Shown here piece by piece: positions 59,814 to 64,000 of a DNA stretch of 64,000 nt. Position 1 is the stretch's first letter, and each line of letters opens with the position of its first letter. The notes beneath the pieces are model-generated. The model was not told where the DNA came from and ran no database searches. It saw only the letters and a list, made by a program, of their open reading frames with translations. Position numbers and translations under genes: made by a program. This DNA comes from an uncultured Gammaproteobacteria bacterium (GTDB lineage: Bacteria > Patescibacteriota > Patescibacteriia > Magasanikbacterales > UBA922). The DNA is taken from contig CAZMHV010000001.1 in the NCBI GenBank assembly GCA_964566225.1, positions 242,651-306,650 of the forward strand, given 5' to 3'.

Positions 59814-60839
59814 TTACTGAACTGCCGAGACAGCCTGAGCATCAGCAGGTGCACAGATACTCGTCATCACCTCGTGAGTCCTGGCCATCTCCGGAAATGA
59901 CGGAAACTGAAACCCTGAGAGTGTCTGAACATGCGAGGACTTGTCGAGCTTGAGCAGCTTGGTGATATCCTCCATCTGCTCGGCACAGAAAATATCGTCG
60001 AGCACAGCCTGACGAACCGGTGTTTCCTCATACGCCGCTTGATAGGCCATAGCTTCGGCCACCACAAACTGCATATACTGCTCGCGGATGTCTCCAATGC
60101 AGAGTGAGATCTGATTGGGATTTTTCACCCCGTTCAGATGAAAATCTGCGAGCAAATTGAGCGCCACAACGGAACGAATCACGAACTGTCCATTGGCATC
60201 CCTCGGCAACGCCTCCCGCAGATTCCAGTGCAACTGTGCACACTGGGCTTCGCGGTGACGTGTACGAAAGCACTCCAACTTCTTGGCCGCCGCTCGACTG
60301 GTCTTGGCTGCACTCGTCAGCACACCTTCGCACTGAGCTCGAGTGCTCTCGGTCAGACTGACCTTCTCCGTGATCAGTTTGGACGAAGGTGCAAAGCCCC
60401 GCCACTCCCAGTCTTCACTGTAAACCTTACATGGGAGATTCCTACAGACGGTGAGCAGATCAGCGTCCGAGACCACCGCCTGAACCGAGGACGAGACCGC
60501 CACGGTTGGTAGCGCAGGTGGAAGAGGTGGAGTTGGCGCTGTCGTATCAGGTTCCAGAGACGGAGGCGAAACCGGCGATGATAGCATCACCGGAAGGGAC
60601 TTCGCCGGGACAGGAAGAACCAGCGTCGGCTCCGAAGAGATTGCGCCCAGCAACCACGCGATGTCATCCAAATCCCCTGCAGCATGGAAGTCTTCGACCA
60701 CCACCTCCTTTTCGTCTTGCGAACTGCCCCCCGAGGCTCCCAGGAAGTATCCACCTCCAAACGACACAGCCCAGAGAAACAGAACGCTGCGGACGACGTT
60801 CCGAAGAGCCTTTCCACTCAACTCGATTTTGTTGCTCAC
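59814..60839 (-). CDS. GC-rich orphan membrane-anchored protein with Pro/Ser linker and Cys-rich domain
   Basis: SD GAGGGG then GTG at 60839; N-terminal TM. Confidence 0.65.
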   Translation of the reverse strand: MSNKIELSGKALRNVVRSVLFLWAVSFGGGYFLGASGGSSQDEKEVVVEDFHAAGDLDDIAWLLGAISSEPTLVLPVPAKSLPVMLSSPVSPPSLEPDTTAPTPPLPPALPTVAVSSSVQAVVSDADLLTVCRNLPCKVYSEDWEWRGFAPSSKLITEKVSLTESTRAQCEGVLTSAAKTSRAAAKKLECFRTRHREAQCAQLHWNLREALPRDANGQFVIRSVVALNLLADFHLNGVKNPNQISLCIGDIREQYMQFVVAEAMAYQAAYEETPVRQAVLDDIFCAEQMEDITKLLKLDKSSHVQTLSGFQFPSFPEMARTHEVMTSICAPADAQAVSAVQ

Positions 60840-61006
60840 GACAGACTCCCCTCGCGCCTCGCGCGAATTGAAAAAGTGAAGCATCAGTCGACCCATTCGA
60901 CCGAAAATACAACAGAAAAAATTTTCTCCTGTACATTCGGCCGAATCTATAACAACGTATTTTTTCTCCTCATAAAAAGAACAACTTAGAAAATTCTAAG
61001 TTGCTG

Positions 61007-61035
61007 AGTATAGCAAAAAAAACTTATAAAGTCAA
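61007..61035 (-). promoter_or_regulatory. sigma70 promoter of the GC-rich orphan
   Basis: TTGACT-N17-TATACT with TG extension. Confidence 0.75.
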
Positions 61036-61045
61036 GAAGCAACGC

Positions 61046-62230
61046 TTAAAACCGATACAACTGCATAAGACGCTCCAAATACTTCTCCCTCGACAACATC
61101 TCAATCCCTGCTCGGCCAGTCATACCCATTGTACAAACCTCGCCTGGGTGCTCCACACACCACTGCAATTTTTCACGCAAAGAATTTTCATTTCCTGCCA
61201 CAAAAGTAAAACCATTCTCACCCTCTTTAATCAGCTCGGCAATCCCTTCAATATTACTTGCCAGCACCGGCGTTTTGTACGAAAAACTTTCAAAAATAAC
61301 TGTGGGAGAATTTTCGTAGCACAGAGATGGCACGACCGTGATATCGACAGTTTCAAATACGGCAGATAATTCCGAGTGTTCAAGTCGTCCATGAATTTTT
61401 ATATTTTTTTCTGCATCAACAAGTGTATGCAGCTCTTGCAATTTTGAACCCGTACCAACAATGTGCAATTCACATGGCACAGAACTTTTTTTGACAAAAT
61501 CACAAAATGTTTTGGCCAAAAATAAAACCCCTTTGTGTGTTTCAATTTGCCCTAGATACAAAAAGCGAAACACATCATTTTCTTTTTTAACAATATCTGC
61601 CACATCCAGCATCACGGGATTGCGCAGCACCACACGCTCAGAATCAGCAAAAAATCCCCACTTCTCATAGAACTGCAACAAAAATTGCGAAGGAGAAATC
61701 ACTACATTTGGTGAACCCAAAAGTCGTCGCATAATTGCAGCATAAACGCGAGTAACAAATCCACGATAACGCCATGAATTTTCTTTTTGTTTCAAAATAA
61801 TGCCACTTGGTTCTACCAATTGCACATCATGCACCGTGTGCACATGCAAAATTTTGAGTGAACGAATAACACGTGAAATAAGAAATCCAATTCCCATAAA
61901 ATTGTGTGTGTGCACCACATCTGGTTTTTCTTGTACCAAAATCTTTTTTATTGATCGAGCAGAGTCAAAATTCCAAATATCAACAACATGCCACCACAAC
62001 CGAGAGAGCGCTGAATGTTTGTGAGCGTCCAAATACGAAAAAATATTTTGTGGACAAAGACGATAAATAGTCACATTCCCCTTTTTTTCTACTTCAAAAT
62101 TTGGTCCAAGCGTAATAACCACCACTGAGTGCCCAGCCTCAACCAAACCCTGGACAGTCTTAAAAACCACCTGTTCGGCTCCGCCGCGGGCATAAGGTGG
62201 GTATAAATTGTGGACGATAGCGACTTTCAT
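61046..62230 (-). CDS. Glycosyltransferase family 4
   Basis: YPPYARGGAE, HTVHD, YLGQI..HKG, ENSPTVIFES. Confidence 0.92.
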   Translation of the reverse strand: MKVAIVHNLYPPYARGGAEQVVFKTVQGLVEAGHSVVVITLGPNFEVEKKGNVTIYRLCPQNIFSYLDAHKHSALSRLWWHVVDIWNFDSARSIKKILVQEKPDVVHTHNFMGIGFLISRVIRSLKILHVHTVHDVQLVEPSGIILKQKENSWRYRGFVTRVYAAIMRRLLGSPNVVISPSQFLLQFYEKWGFFADSERVVLRNPVMLDVADIVKKENDVFRFLYLGQIETHKGVLFLAKTFCDFVKKSSVPCELHIVGTGSKLQELHTLVDAEKNIKIHGRLEHSELSAVFETVDITVVPSLCYENSPTVIFESFSYKTPVLASNIEGIAELIKEGENGFTFVAGNENSLREKLQWCVEHPGEVCTMGMTGRAGIEMLSREKYLERLMQLYRF

Positions 62231-62320
62231 ATAGAGCAGTATACGCAATCAAGCGAAATTTCGCAATGGGGCAAAATCCTTGAAAAGAAGGCTGTTTTAC
62301 GGTAAGATACTATTTACCCT

Positions 62321-63745
62321 ATGCCAAATGAAATAGAACGAATTCCACCTCAAAATATTGAAGCCGAAATGTCACTGCTCGGTTCTATTTTGCTTGATAA
62401 AGAAGCTATTCTCAAAGTAGCTGATCTTATTGACCAAGATGATTTTTACAAAAATGCACACCGAGATATTTATGGCACCATCATGGAACTCTATGGTCGC
62501 AATGAACCCGTAGATTTGCTTACTCTCAGTAACCGCTTGGAAGAAAAAAAGATGCTCGAACGAATTGGTGGACGTACCTACTTGGTAGAAATTTCCAACG
62601 CAGTTCCAACATCATCACATATTGTAAACTACGGACAAATTATTCGTCGCAAATCTTTGCTGCGCCGACTTATTCAAGCAGCATCATCGATCAACGGACT
62701 CGGTTACCAAGAAGAAACAGAAGATGTCGACAAAATTTTGGATGAAGCGCAACAACAACTCTACGGAATTTCCTCAAAACACATTAAACAAAGTTTTACC
62801 CCCATTCAAAACATTTTGAGTGAGGCATTTGACCGCATTGACGAACTGCACCGTGAAAAAGGCAAACTGCGTGGGGTGCCAAGTGGATTCAAAGACCTCG
62901 ATAACTTACTCGGTGGTTTTCAAAAATCTGACCTTATTATTCTCGCAGCTCGTCCATCTGTGGGTAAAACCGCGCTGACACTGGACTTTGCACGTGCCGC
63001 TGCAGTGAAATACAAAGTACCTGTTGGCCTCTTTTCACTCGAAATGAGTAAAGAACAGCTCGTTGACCGTTTGCTCAGTTCTGAAGCAGGTGTGGACTTG
63101 TGGAAACTGCGTACCGGAAACCTCTCTGACCGACCAGACAGTGATGACTTTCCTCGTATTGGTCAGGCCATGGGTGTACTTTCGGAAGCACCTATCTATA
63201 TTGACGACAGTGCAGGCAACAACATTATGCAAATTCGTACCAAAGCCAGACGGTTGCAAGCTGAGCACGGACTTGGTATTATTATCATCGACTATTTGCA
63301 GCTCATGGAATCACACAACAGTAAAGGCAGTGACAACCGTGTACAAGAAGTCTCTGAAATGAGTCGTGGACTCAAAAGTTTGGCCCGTGAACTCAATGTG
63401 CCAGTAATTGCACTGTCACAGCTTTCTCGTGCGGTAGAACAAACCAAACCAGCGATTCCAAAACTGTCTCACCTTCGTGAATCTGGGAGTATTGAACAAG
63501 ATGCCGATGTGGTTATGTTTATTTATCGTAAAGCGGCTGACCGTAACTACCGACTGGAGGACATTCCACCAGATGAACGTCACATTGGTGAAATTCATGT
63601 AGCCAAACACCGTAATGGTCCAACTGGCATGGTCAAAGTATTCTTTGATGAAACGCGTGCGAGTTACCGCAACCTCGACATGCACTTTACGCCTCCGACT
63701 TCAAGTGCATCGCCTCCAGCAAAACCCGCTATCCCACAATTTTAA
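62321..63745 (+). CDS. dnaB: Replicative DNA helicase
   Basis: AARPSVGKT, FSLEM, IDYLQL, LSQLSR, LRESGSIEQDAD, AKHRNGP; no intein. Confidence 0.97.
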   Translation: MPNEIERIPPQNIEAEMSLLGSILLDKEAILKVADLIDQDDFYKNAHRDIYGTIMELYGRNEPVDLLTLSNRLEEKKMLERIGGRTYLVEISNAVPTSSHIVNYGQIIRRKSLLRRLIQAASSINGLGYQEETEDVDKILDEAQQQLYGISSKHIKQSFTPIQNILSEAFDRIDELHREKGKLRGVPSGFKDLDNLLGGFQKSDLIILAARPSVGKTALTLDFARAAAVKYKVPVGLFSLEMSKEQLVDRLLSSEAGVDLWKLRTGNLSDRPDSDDFPRIGQAMGVLSEAPIYIDDSAGNNIMQIRTKARRLQAEHGLGIIIIDYLQLMESHNSKGSDNRVQEVSEMSRGLKSLARELNVPVIALSQLSRAVEQTKPAIPKLSHLRESGSIEQDADVVMFIYRKAADRNYRLEDIPPDERHIGEIHVAKHRNGPTGMVKVFFDETRASYRNLDMHFTPPTSSASPPAKPAIPQF

Positions 63746-63768
63746 TATATTATTTTTAATACAGAACT

Positions 63769-64000
63769 ATGTTTCAAAAACTCAAACAGTTCAAAGACCT
63801 TCGTGACCAAGCCAAACACTTGCAAGACGAACTTGAAAAAGAAGTCATCAGTGTGAATGCTGCGAGTAACCAAATTGTCCTTACCATGAACGGTAACCTC
63901 AAAATCACTGGACTTGCTATCGATGACGCACTGCTCTCTCCATCTATGAAAACCAAACTTATTGATGGCCTCAAAGATGCTCACGAAGATGCCCTCAAGA
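63769..64000 (+). CDS. YbaB/EbfC nucleoid-associated protein (3'-truncated by window; absent from ORF track)
   Basis: MFQKLKQFKDLRDQAKHLQDELEKEVISV...IVLTMNGNLKITGLAID. Confidence 0.85.
   Translation, partial: MFQKLKQFKDLRDQAKHLQDELEKEVISVNAASNQIVLTMNGNLKITGLAIDDALLSPSMKTKLIDGLKDAHEDALK

Noticed and set aside
59755-59816. Hairpins after GC-rich genes read as integron attC sites
   Set aside because: No RYYYAAC...GTTRRRY boxes bound them, there is no cassette array, and no integrase is in the window.
1-64000. UGA recoding (code 25), CRISPR arrays, prophage, rRNA
   Set aside because: Conserved genes translate full-length under code 11; no repeat-spacer periodicity, phage hallmark genes or rRNA motifs seen.

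Overview
A 64-kb chromosomal segment from an AT-rich, compact bacterium using the standard code (TGA is a stop). Gene content and the near absence of Shine-Dalgarno motifs point to Patescibacteria/CPR (Parcubacteria-like); this is inference from content only. The backbone is housekeeping: VirD4/VirB4-like ATPase, dnaX, folD, greA, a glycosylation/S8 protease cluster, uvrA, uvrB, murJ, lepA, recJ, rnhA, a CIRCE-hrcA-grpE-hsp20-dnaK-dnaJ operon, yidC, murE, translin, dnaB, tRNA-Gln and tRNA-Lys. The unusual elements are: (1) dispersed GC-rich gene islets with strong SDs, mostly their own sigma70 promoters, long hairpins and, in four cases, complementary 5' and 3' flanks; (2) a separately promoted pair of non-canonical tRNAs with Ala-type G3.U70 acceptor stems but Pro/Leu anticodons, next to murE; (3) a Thr5 leader-peptide attenuator in front of an orphan gene; (4) a perfect 34-bp inverted-repeat element between murJ and lepA; (5) a signal-peptidase-linked cluster of paralogous disulfide-rich pilin-like proteins; (6) a structured leader on a HelD-like helicase. 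I found no CRISPR array, integrase or transposase. All pairings and alignments were read by eye.
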